A DNA stretch of 24,000 nucleotides from Rhodothermales bacterium (GTDB taxonomy: Bacteria > Bacteroidota > Rhodothermia > Rhodothermales > BA12), in NCBI GenBank assembly GCA_963815505.1, contig CAWFGU010000001.1, forward strand, positions 12,111 through 36,110, read 5' to 3'. The position numbers and the translations under genes were made by a program. Positions 13,745 through 22,400 of the stretch are shown one piece after another; within the stretch, counting starts at the first letter, position 1; every line of letters begins with the position of its first letter. The notes under the pieces were generated by a model. It was given only the letters and a program-made list of their open reading frames with translations. It searched no databases and had not been told where the DNA came from.

Positions 13745-15040
13745 CTAGCCCAGCAGCTGCTGGAGTCGGCGTTTGTTGTTTGCGTAGCTGTAGGCCGTCT
13801 CGGGCGTGATCTTGTGCGTGCGGACGAGCCTGAACAGGTCCTGCTCGAGCGTGGTCATACCCTGCCCATGCCCCTCCCACATCATCTGGTAGATCTCGCC
13901 CTGGTTGGCGTTTTTGATGGCGGCGCGCGCGGCGGGCGTCACCCAGAGCACTTCCTTGGCCAGCACGCGGCCACCGGTTCGGCCCGGACAGAGCTTTTGC
14001 GAGACGACGCACCGCAGCACGTCGGCCAGGCGCAGACGCACGCGGTCCTGCTCGTCGGATGGATACTCGCCCAAGATGCGGTCGATGGACTCGACGGCGC
14101 TCGAGGTGTGGAGCGTCGAGAACACTTTGTGGCCCGAGTCGGTGATCTCGAGGGCCGACGAGATCGTCTCGGGATCGCGCATCTCGCCGATCACGACGAT
14201 GTCGGGGTCCTGCCGCAGCGCCTGCACGATGCCGTCTTTGAACGTCGGCACGTCGCGCCCGACTTCGCGGTGGCGCACGATCGACTTGCGGCTCTGGTGG
14301 ACGAACTCGATCGGCTTGCCGATCACGACGATGTGGGCGGCCGAGTCTACGTTGTTGGCGTTGACGACGGCGTCGAGCGTGCTGCTCTTGCCCGAGCCGG
14401 TCACGCCGGTGATGAGCGTCAGCCCGTCGCGCTCGAAGCGGAAGAGCAGGCCGCGCTCGATCTGCGGATGGAAGTCGAGCGAGCGCAGCGCCCGGACCTC
14501 GTCGGTGATGGCGCGCAGGTTGAGTGCCAGCCTGGACTGATCGAAGTAGATCGTGCCTCTGAAGCGGCGTGCTCTGCCGTCCATTCCGGCAAACGGAAGC
14601 GCGTACGAGAAGTCGACCGAGAAGTCGTCGAACAAGACGGCGCGCTGCCGCTCGTTGAGGATCGAAAGGAAGAGCAGATCGGTCTGATCGAGCGTCAGAC
14701 GGCCCATCTCGGCATAGGGCTTCTTCTCCCCCTGGGCGCGGTACCACACCTGCTCGCGCGCCGCCGGACCGCCCGCATCCACGTCGGACGCGTCGAGGTC
14801 GATCATGCGCGCCGCAACCGGCTCGAACGCCTCGCGAATCTGCTGCCGCGTAGGCCGGTCGACCAGGCGCACGATCTCGGCGATCTGAGCCAGACGCTCT
14901 TCTCCCTGCGCGCCGTCGGACACCTGAGCGAGCAGGCGACGGGCAACGTCGGGAAGCTGTACGAGCGCGCGGGACGGATCGGCGTCTTGGAAGGAGACGT
15001 CCGCCCCAGCGGAGAGAACCGGGAAGGGGGAAGCAGTCAC
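13745..15040 (-). CDS. pilT: PilT/PilU-family hexameric ATPase (start uncertain: GTG at 15040 or GTG at 14923)
   Basis: Walker A GVTGSGKSST, DPDIVVIGEMRD, His box SGHKVFSTLHTSSA, and no PilB-type tetracysteine. The ORF-track start at 15127 is a TTG inside the T-run of an upstream terminator, so it was rejected. Confidence 0.85.
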   Translation of the reverse strand: MTASPFPVLSAGADVSFQDADPSRALVQLPDVARRLLAQVSDGAQGEERLAQIAEIVRLVDRPTRQQIREAFEPVAARMIDLDASDVDAGGPAAREQVWYRAQGEKKPYAEMGRLTLDQTDLLFLSILNERQRAVLFDDFSVDFSYALPFAGMDGRARRFRGTIYFDQSRLALNLRAITDEVRALRSLDFHPQIERGLLFRFERDGLTLITGVTGSGKSSTLDAVVNANNVDSAAHIVVIGKPIEFVHQSRKSIVRHREVGRDVPTFKDGIVQALRQDPDIVVIGEMRDPETISSALEITDSGHKVFSTLHTSSAVESIDRILGEYPSDEQDRVRLRLADVLRCVVSQKLCPGRTGGRVLAKEVLWVTPAARAAIKNANQGEIYQMMWEGHGQGMTTLEQDLFRLVRTHKITPETAYSYANNKRRLQQLLG

Positions 15041-15123
15041 AGAACGTGGGGAGGGAAGGAAGTCGTGCTGTGTCTGAGAGGAGGGAAAAGGCCGTACCGC
15101 ACGGCTGCTCTTCCCTATCGGAC

Positions 15124-15159
15124 ACAAAAAACCGGCACCCGTCTCACGACAGGTACCGG
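15124..15159 (-). terminator. rho-independent terminator (minus strand)
   Basis: Stem ccggcacccgtc (15132-15143), loop tcac, stem gacaggtaccgg (15148-15159), with 10 of 12 pairs. On the minus strand it is followed by TTTTTT (plus-strand A-run 15126-15131). Confidence 0.6.
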
Positions 15160-15375
15160 TCTGGGTATCGGTTGGAGGCGGGCAGGCTTAAATCGAAACG
15201 CACATTCCCTTTGCACGCAGACACTTGGCCGACCCGTCTCCACGTTGGCGCTCGCACGTGCCTTCCCGGGCACGCGCTCCAAGCGCCTACTCCTTCCCAA
15301 GAACCGATAATCCCATAGGGGCGGGGCGTGTGCGTGTGTGACGATGGTGAGGCGTTCGCGGATGCGTACCGGTCT

Positions 15376-16536
15376 TCACTTCTTGCCGCTGTCCGTTGCC
15401 TGGGTTGCTGCTGTCGTAGCAGCCGCATCGTTGCCGTGCCCGTTGTTGCCGTCGTCCGCTGCCGTCCTCCGATACTCGCCACCTGAGTGATCGGCGTAGC
15501 GGTCGTCGTGGTAGAGCGGGTTATCGGGCGTGATCATGGTCACGTCGAAGACCTGGTCCGAGAAGTCGGGCCATTTGCTGGTGTTGCCGGTGCGGACGAA
15601 GCCCGTTGCCGCGTCTTTGGCCCAGCCGTTGCCGCCATACGTCCAGACGTTGTCGACTTTCTTCCAGCCGTGCGAGCCGTAGCCGTTGCGCTTGATGTCG
15701 TTGTGCTGCTCGACCGAAAACTTCTTGATGTCCTCGAACGCGACGCGATAGACGTTGGGATCGGCCTTGCTGTGCGTCACCATGGCGCGGGCGCCGGTTT
15801 TCATCTCCCCACTCGCCGAGTCGTACTCGAGTGCCGAGTAGTAGTAATCGTACGTGCTGCTCGTCATCGGGAGCGCGCGCTGCTCCTCATCCGACATGCT
15901 TCTGTTGGAGCAGTTCTGATCGACGACCAGAAAGAAGTTGACCTGCGTACCTGGGGGGATGGACTTGGTGTAGTCCCCCTCGAAGCCGTCGCGGTTCTTG
16001 CTGGCCGTGAAGATGATCTCGGGTTCGGGCAGTGGCTGTCCCTCGACCCACCCGGGAGGCGTTTGCTGCAAGTAGACGCCCGAGCAGTAACCCGCTTTGG
16101 ACTCGACGAACTTGAAGTTCAATTTGGTCGGCTGGACGGTGACCAGCAGGCCCGACGCCAGAAGCGTGCTGCCGATGCGCACCTCGGCGTCGCCGTAGCG
16201 GCCGATGCTCGTCACGGTATAGCTGGACGTGCCCATCGGCGTGATCTGCGTTTCGTACTCGCCGCCCTGAAGCGCGCCCTTGTGCCAGCTTTTGGCCGAC
16301 CCGCCGTTGACCTGCTTGACGAACGCGTCGATGTCGAGCGTGGTCGAGCGCTCGACCGATTTAGCGTGGGCGCGCATGTAGTTGTAACCGCTGCGCGCGA
16401 TCTCACGAGCGATGATCTCCTCCTGCCGCTCCCCCAAGCGGTTGACGGATTCGACGCTCGTCTGGTCGGACTGCGAGAGGACGACGACGCCGCCTACCAT
16501 AGAGGCGGCGACGAGTAAGAGGGCAAGTTTTCCCAT
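15376..16536 (-). CDS. pilus-associated hypothetical protein with N-terminal membrane anchor (386 aa); possibly PilX-like
   Basis: MGKLALLLVAASMVGGVVVLSQ anchor, followed by EIIAREIARSGYNYMRAHA. The C-terminal tail is Gly/Asn/Asp/His/Ala/Thr-rich. It is the last gene of the minor-pilin block. Confidence 0.7.
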   Translation of the reverse strand: MGKLALLLVAASMVGGVVVLSQSDQTSVESVNRLGERQEEIIAREIARSGYNYMRAHAKSVERSTTLDIDAFVKQVNGGSAKSWHKGALQGGEYETQITPMGTSSYTVTSIGRYGDAEVRIGSTLLASGLLVTVQPTKLNFKFVESKAGYCSGVYLQQTPPGWVEGQPLPEPEIIFTASKNRDGFEGDYTKSIPPGTQVNFFLVVDQNCSNRSMSDEEQRALPMTSSTYDYYYSALEYDSASGEMKTGARAMVTHSKADPNVYRVAFEDIKKFSVEQHNDIKRNGYGSHGWKKVDNVWTYGGNGWAKDAATGFVRTGNTSKWPDFSDQVFDVTMITPDNPLYHDDRYADHSGGEYRRTAADDGNNGHGNDAAATTAATQATDSGKK

Positions 16537-16587
16537 CGGAGTGTTGGTGTGGTGGACGTGGTGCTGTGGTGGACGTGGTGTCGATTG

Positions 16588-17361
16588 TCAGGGACCTGCG
16601 GCGCCGAGGCTCTGCCCGTCGTGCATGATCATCAAGGTGGCGGCGTGCTGGATCGAGCGAAGCGTCGACGTGGACGTTTCGAAGGGGGGCGCGATGCTCA
16701 GGCGCAGACGCACGTTGAGCGGCTCTCCGCCGTCGTACCGCGCCACTACGTCGGTGTTGGGCACGTCCTCCATCAGCGCGCTGACGAAGCCCAGGTCGAA
16801 CTGCCGCAGCAGCGGCGGCGTGCCTCCGGCGGGCGCCCATCCGGGGTGGCTGGAGCGAAACGCCTGGTCGAGGTCGGCACGCGCCAGCGTCGGCGTGTCG
16901 GACCCCAGGCCCAGATCGACGCGCATCGTGTCGCGCGAGACGCGGAATAGCGGGTAGCTTCCGCCGCTGCCCGAACGCACGCCTTCGGATTGGATGCGGA
17001 AACGCGTGCCGATCAGAAGCTGGCTCGAAACCGACGAAGGCGACGTTTCGGGATCGTAGGACGGGTTCATGACGGCGCGCAGAAAGCGAAACTCGCCCGC
17101 CAGTGAGACGGTGTCGGCGCCCACGATGAGCGTCGTGTCGCGCGGAGCGAGGATGGGCGACACGTCCGACGGCATATTCAGGCCGACGCGCATCAGGTCG
17201 TCTTCCATCCACGTCATCGTTTCGGACGCGAGGGTGCGAGCCGCATAGGCCGCCGTAACGTCCACGTTGAGCGCCTGCACGCGCGTGGACGATGTAATCA
17301 AGATCAGCAGCACGACCGATCCGACTACAGCGGCGAGCAGGTTGTCCATGAGTGCGATCAT
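16588..17361 (-). CDS. PilW-like minor pilin-like protein (257 aa) without a leader peptide
   Basis: M-IALMDNLLAAVVGSVVLLILI mimics the mature pilin N-terminus FTLVELMVA, with Asp at position 5. The motif TLASETMTWMEDDLMRVG resembles the PilW pattern ...DLR.AG. Confidence 0.6.
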   Translation of the reverse strand: MIALMDNLLAAVVGSVVLLILITSSTRVQALNVDVTAAYAARTLASETMTWMEDDLMRVGLNMPSDVSPILAPRDTTLIVGADTVSLAGEFRFLRAVMNPSYDPETSPSSVSSQLLIGTRFRIQSEGVRSGSGGSYPLFRVSRDTMRVDLGLGSDTPTLARADLDQAFRSSHPGWAPAGGTPPLLRQFDLGFVSALMEDVPNTDVVARYDGGEPLNVRLRLSIAPPFETSTSTLRSIQHAATLMIMHDGQSLGAAGP

Positions 17362-17362
17362 C

Positions 17363-18031
17363 TCAGACCTCCAGGGAAAAGACGCGCGAGATACGAATCG
17401 GCTGAGGTAGGAACGTGCCGGTGCGGGCGCCGTCGTTCCACACGTCCTGAATCAGGACGGTGACCTGCTTTTGCAGCCGGGGCGCGCTGACGGGCACCAT
17501 GGCACCTCCGGTACTCTCGACGTAGGTCATTTCGACATCGACGTTGAACACGACTTCTCCGCCCGCTATGGGGTACGCCACCTGCATCGTCCGCGCGCCG
17601 TTGAAGTCGTTCATCGTTGGGCAGTTGTTCGTCCAGTTGCCGTAGCCCCGCTTGGCGTCGGGCCGCTCGCCGCCGCCGCCCAGCCTTTTGAGCAGATTCC
17701 ACAGGTCCAACTCTCTCGGATCTCTCCCCTGAACGGACTTGCACCGCTTGTTGCTTTCGGACAGCAGGCCCAGGTCACTCAGAATGGTCAGATCGGACAG
17801 GCCCGGCAGCAAGCGTCCGTCGGGTCCTTTGTACTGGTCGAGCGGCTTGAGTCCGTCGTCGTAGGGCAGTTCGCGGATGCGCGCGAGCGTTTCGAGCGTG
17901 ACCGACGTAGCCATCTCCTCGATCTCCATCGACAGGTTGTCGCGGTCGAAGTCGATGCGGCGCTGCGACACGTCGTTCGAGTACATCAGCGCCATCATCA
18001 GCGCGAGTGTGGCGAGCATGGTCTGTGGCAT
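17363..18031 (-). CDS. minor pilin-like hypothetical protein (222 aa)
   Basis: Hydrophobic N-terminus MPQTMLATLALMMALMY. It is tightly packed between pilB (stop 18035) and the next gene (start 17361). Confidence 0.6.
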   Translation of the reverse strand: MPQTMLATLALMMALMYSNDVSQRRIDFDRDNLSMEIEEMATSVTLETLARIRELPYDDGLKPLDQYKGPDGRLLPGLSDLTILSDLGLLSESNKRCKSVQGRDPRELDLWNLLKRLGGGGERPDAKRGYGNWTNNCPTMNDFNGARTMQVAYPIAGGEVVFNVDVEMTYVESTGGAMVPVSAPRLQKQVTVLIQDVWNDGARTGTFLPQPIRISRVFSLEV

Positions 18032-18034
18032 CGC

Positions 18035-20710
18035 TTATCCCTCGCTGGCTGTGACGCGCATCATCTCGTCGATCGACGTGACGCCGCGCGTGGCGTAGAC
18101 GCGGGCCGAGTCTTGGAGCGTGAGCATCCCTTCTTTCTCGGCCTGGGTGCGAATCGCGTCCTCGTCGATGGCGTCTTTGGCCGTTACGATCATGTGGCGG
18201 ATGGCGCGGCTGAAGTAGAGCGCTTCGGTGATGGCGCGTCGCCCCTTGTACCCGCCGTTGCACCTGGCGCAGCCCTTGGGATTGGCGCGGTAAAGTGTAT
18301 TCGCGCGGTCCTCATCGGTAAAGCCCATGCGCTCCATCAGGACCGGATCGGGATCGTCGTCGACCTCTTTGCAGCTCTCGCACAGCGTACGGATCAGGCG
18401 CTGGGCCACGATCAGGTTGATGGCGTAGGCAATCAGAAACGGCTCGACGCCCATCTTGTAGAGCCGCGAAACCGCGCTGGGCGCGTCGTTGGTGTGGAGC
18501 GTCGAGAACGTCAGGTGGCCCGTGTTGGCGAGCTTGACGCCCATCTCGGCCGTCTCCTTGTCGCGCATCTCGCCGACCATGACCACGTCGGGGTCGTGCC
18601 GCAGGATGGCCCGGAGCGCGCCCTCGAGTCCCAGCTTGTGACTCAGCTTGATCTGCCGCACGCCGTGGATGATGTACTCGACCGGGTCCTCGACGGTGAG
18701 CACGTTGACCGTCGGGCTGACGACCTGGTGCAGCGCTGCCACGAGCGTCGTGCTCTTGCCGCTTCCCGTCGGTCCGGTCAGGATGACCATGCCGTTGGGC
18801 TGGCGGATCGCCATTTCGAAGCGCTCCATGGCGTTGGGCAGCATGCCCAGCTTGTTGAGGTCGGTCACGACTTTGCGGTCGTCCAGAATTCGGATGACGA
18901 TGCTCTCGGCGCGGATCTCCTGGCTCGCCGTGGCGATGGGCAGAATCGATACGCGAAACCGAATCAGCGCGTCGTCGATGCGCCGCTGGATGAACCCATC
19001 CTGGGCCTTGTCGCGCTCGAAGCGGTCGACGTTGCTGGCGTTGTCCTTGATGACGGCGAGCAAGGCTTCGGGATGCACGTTCTCCTCGGTGTGCCACTTC
19101 TTCAAAGCGCCGTCGAGCCTGAAGTGGATTTCGACCTTGCCCTTGGCGTTGGGCCACACGTGGATGTCGCTGACGCCCTGCCGGACGGCTTCGACGAGCG
19201 TGGCCTCGAACAGGTTGATCAGCGCGCTCCGGCCGATCTCGGCTTCGAGCGCTTCCTCGTCCAGTCCGCCCTCGTCCTCGAACGTGGCGCCCAGGTCGAA
19301 CGCCATGCCGCCGCCTTCCTCCATCTTCTCGAGGTACTCGTTCTTGCGCGGGTAGGCGTCGCGCAGCGTTTTGACGACGAGGGCTTCGGGCGCGTACTGG
19401 AGTTCGTAGCGCTCGAGCTTGAGCGCGTGGATGGCGCGGTGGACTTCGGGACGCGCCGGGTCGTAGGTGACGAAGATCAGCTTGACGGCACCGGTCGCCG
19501 TGTCCACGTCGCACTCGGCGGGGACGACGGACAGGTCGAGCAGGCGCGCGCGCTTGCCTTCGTCGAACGTCGCCATGACCGAGCGGACGAACTCGGGCGT
19601 CGGCTGGCCTTCGTCGAGGTCGGCTTCGGGGAAGGCGTAGACCTGAGCGGCCTCGGCAAAGATCGCGTCGCGGTCGACGCCGTCGAGTTTGCTGATGGCC
19701 CGCCACAAGGCTTCTTTCGAGCCGTCGGCTTTGAGCGCCTCGTGCGCCGCATCGACCTGGTCGGGGTGGACGATCTGCTTGCGGAGCAGCATCGCCACGA
19801 CCCTGTCGCGGGCGTGGGTGGGGCTGGGAACGGCGGAGGGAGCGGCCGATGCGGCGCCGTCGCCGGAGAACTCAGGCGGCGGCGTAATCGGAGGCGTTGC
19901 CTGCAACGAGGGAACGTCCGGTGGAGGCTGCGGAAGGGGCGCTGGCGCGCTCGCCTCGAAGGACGCAGCCGAACCGCTTGGCTTGACCTTTTCCCACGAA
20001 GGCGTCGGAGGGGCGTCGGGGGCCGGGACAGGCGTGCGACGGGGAGCAGGCTGGACGGTACCGGAAGGCGCGTCGGTCGAGCGGGCGGACGCGGTCTCGC
20101 CGGGGAGCCGATTGGCATTGATGGATACTTCGGCCGCGGAGCCGGAGGGCGACCCGTCCCCCATCGGACGCATCGCACGGTCGAGCCGGCGGCGTACTTC
20201 GCGCTCGTCGGCGTAGCAGAGTTCGACGTTTCCGCCGAGCATTCGCACGGTTTCGATGACTTCGGCATCGGACGGATCGTGGGTCGCCAGAACCAGCCGT
20301 TGGGCGCGTGTCTGGGCGTCGAAGCCGAACCGGTAGGGCAGCAGGCCCAGCCGCGCCACGCGCTCGAGCACGTCGGGCGTCATCAGCCCTAGAACCGCCT
20401 GCACGAATTCGTCCTTGGGATGGGCGCCCAGCTCGGCCAGCGGGTAGCCCTGCACGCGCGCCGCGATTTCGTACGTCTTGGCCCGATCGACGCCGTCCAT
20501 CGTCAGCAGCACGCGCCACACCGGCCGGTCACCTGACGCGTAGCGCCGCGCCTGCTCGGCCTGCTTGAGGCGCACGCCGCCCGAATTGACCAGCGCCTGC
20601 GTGATCGGATCGTCGCCGAACCGGTCCGCACCGGCACGCCCCGGCATCGCGCGGTCGTCGACTACGGCGGTGTCGTCCTTGCGGAAGGGGTTGGAGAAGA
20701 AGCGGCTCAT
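18035..20710 (-). CDS. pilB: type IV pilus assembly ATPase PilB/GspE family (891 aa) with a duplicated N-terminal domain
   Basis: Walker A GPTGSGKSTT, DPDVVMVGEMRD, TGHLTFSTLHTND, and tetracysteine CESC...CARCNGGYKGR. Two N-terminal GspE-N/MshEN-like modules are separated by a Pro/Ala/Ser-rich linker (about nt 19811-20170). Confidence 0.9.
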   Translation of the reverse strand: MSRFFSNPFRKDDTAVVDDRAMPGRAGADRFGDDPITQALVNSGGVRLKQAEQARRYASGDRPVWRVLLTMDGVDRAKTYEIAARVQGYPLAELGAHPKDEFVQAVLGLMTPDVLERVARLGLLPYRFGFDAQTRAQRLVLATHDPSDAEVIETVRMLGGNVELCYADEREVRRRLDRAMRPMGDGSPSGSAAEVSINANRLPGETASARSTDAPSGTVQPAPRRTPVPAPDAPPTPSWEKVKPSGSAASFEASAPAPLPQPPPDVPSLQATPPITPPPEFSGDGAASAAPSAVPSPTHARDRVVAMLLRKQIVHPDQVDAAHEALKADGSKEALWRAISKLDGVDRDAIFAEAAQVYAFPEADLDEGQPTPEFVRSVMATFDEGKRARLLDLSVVPAECDVDTATGAVKLIFVTYDPARPEVHRAIHALKLERYELQYAPEALVVKTLRDAYPRKNEYLEKMEEGGGMAFDLGATFEDEGGLDEEALEAEIGRSALINLFEATLVEAVRQGVSDIHVWPNAKGKVEIHFRLDGALKKWHTEENVHPEALLAVIKDNASNVDRFERDKAQDGFIQRRIDDALIRFRVSILPIATASQEIRAESIVIRILDDRKVVTDLNKLGMLPNAMERFEMAIRQPNGMVILTGPTGSGKSTTLVAALHQVVSPTVNVLTVEDPVEYIIHGVRQIKLSHKLGLEGALRAILRHDPDVVMVGEMRDKETAEMGVKLANTGHLTFSTLHTNDAPSAVSRLYKMGVEPFLIAYAINLIVAQRLIRTLCESCKEVDDDPDPVLMERMGFTDEDRANTLYRANPKGCARCNGGYKGRRAITEALYFSRAIRHMIVTAKDAIDEDAIRTQAEKEGMLTLQDSARVYATRGVTSIDEMMRVTASEG

Positions 20711-20824
20711 GAGCGTGCGGGGTGCGGCGGGACTACGGGTGGTGTATCAGCAGCAAGCGGAGTTTTCTTAAGTGGAGACGATATGACGGATCGGGTTTGA
20801 GCCGCGATCGGTGCCGGAGGCGTG

Positions 20825-22184
20825 CTAGCGGGCGTTTTGCAGGTCTTGAGCCGATGGCTGGACGAGCGCGATCTCGGACGAGACGAGCGTGAGGAAGATG
20901 ATCGCGAACGTGATGAAGACGGCGATGGCAGTCTGAATCGCCTCGACGGTCGTGGCGAGCTTGAGCGTGGTTTCCTTCTCGTAGTAGTTCGCCATCTGCT
21001 CGGCGCTGTTCTTGACGTTGCCCGTCTCGGCGCCGCTGCGGAAGCGCGCCAGCGCCATTGTCGTGAACACGCCGCTGGCCTCCATCGCCTTGACCAGATC
21101 GACGCCGCGTGCCACCATCAGCGGGATCGTGATGGTCTTGATGCGCTGCTCCATGTAGCGGTTGCCGCACGCCTCGGCAGCGATCTTGATGACCGCGATG
21201 TTGTCTCCGGCTCCGCTGTAGAGGACCGAGAACACGCGGCAGAACACTTCGATGTTGAGCTTGTGCAGCAGGCCCCCGATGACCGGCAGCCGGATCAGGT
21301 TGCGGTGGATAAACATCTCGCCCTTTGTCGGACCGCACGAACAGGATCGCGGCAACCGTCGTCACGACCAGGACGGCCAGCACCAGAGGCCAACCCGTAT
21401 CCATCCACTCGGCGAACGCGAGCGATTTGGTGCTCAGGTAGGGCAACTCGACGCCCAGATCGGCCATCAGCCCAGCCGTTTGGGGAATGATCGTCCACAG
21501 GTACCACACCATCACGCCGATCAGCGCGACGACGGTCAGCGCGGGCGTGATCATGGCGCTGCGGATGTTCTTGCGGAACTCGTCCTTGCGCTCCATGAAG
21601 CGGGCCGTGCTCTCGTAGATTTCGGCCATGTTGCCGCTCTGGCTCGCGATGCCGAGCATGTACGCGGTGAACTTGCCCAGCATGTGCTGGTGCTTCATGA
21701 ACGCCTGTTTGGCCTCCATACCGCTCTTGAGGTCGGCGTTGAGGTCGCGGAGCACCTGCTTCAAGCTCTTGCTCGATATGTCGTTGATGAGCAGGCCCAG
21801 GATCTCGTCGAACGGCAGCTTCTCGCGCAGCAGGTTGGCCGAGAGGCGGACGAACATGATCAGGTCTTGGGTCGGCGGCTTCATCTGGAAGCTGATCAGC
21901 TTCTTCTCGACGCGCAGCACTTCGAGCCCCATCTTCTCCAGCGCGCCCTTGACCTCGTCTTGCGCATACGCCTTCTGCTCGCCGCTGATCGTCTTGCCGT
22001 TGGGATGGCGGACTTTGTAGAGAAACGCGCGCCGCTGCTGAAGCTCCCTGAGCGTGAACCGGTGCTTCTCGGACAGCTCCGTCACTTTGCGCTGCGCATG
22101 CCGCTTGTTGGGCGCGAACACGGTGCCCTGGACGGGCTGGCCGCCGGGACCGACGCCGTTGAAGCGAAACTCGGATACGGGCAT
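20825..22184 (-). pseudogene. pilC: PilC/GspF-family platform protein, reading frame broken by an apparent +1 frameshift near 21315-21330
   Basis: The N-terminal ~290 aa (ATG at 22184) read as GspF-type up to ...AAILFVRSDKG. The C-terminal half continues only in the next frame (EMFIHRNLIRLPVIGGLLHKLNIEVFCRVFSVLYSGAGDNI...) to the stop at 20825. After the break the first frame turns into an Arg/His/Gly-rich sequence that does not look protein-like. Confidence 0.8.
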
Positions 22185-22336
22185 GAGGAGGCGGGCTGGA
22201 TGGAAAGCGCTCTTGGTATCGACGGTCGATCGCGGCGGCTTAAGCAGCGAGATGCGAAATGGACATCGCCCCGCTCTTTCGCGACGGTCGGGTTGGCGGA
22301 ACAGGCTCGGGCTCGGGTTTTGGGGGCAGGGGGATG

Positions 22337-22380
22337 CGCAAACGACAACAGGCGACCTCCCGCAAAGGAGATCGCCTGTT
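22337..22380 (-). terminator. rho-independent terminator after the pilin gene
   Basis: AACAGGCGA (22347-22355) pairs with TCGCCTGTT (22372-22380), with an inner CTCC/GGAG pair and a cgcaaa loop. On the minus strand it is followed by tgttgtcgttt. It lies 20 nt downstream of the TAA at 22401-22403. Confidence 0.6.
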
Positions 22381-22400
22381 CTGGTGAGGATCGATCGGAC

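Noticed and set aside
13725-15125. 466-aa minus-strand ORF overlapping the pilT-like gene in another frame
   Set aside because: It is an Arg/Pro/Gly/Ala-rich alternative frame of the same strand, whereas the 13745.. frame carries Walker A, Walker B and the His box.
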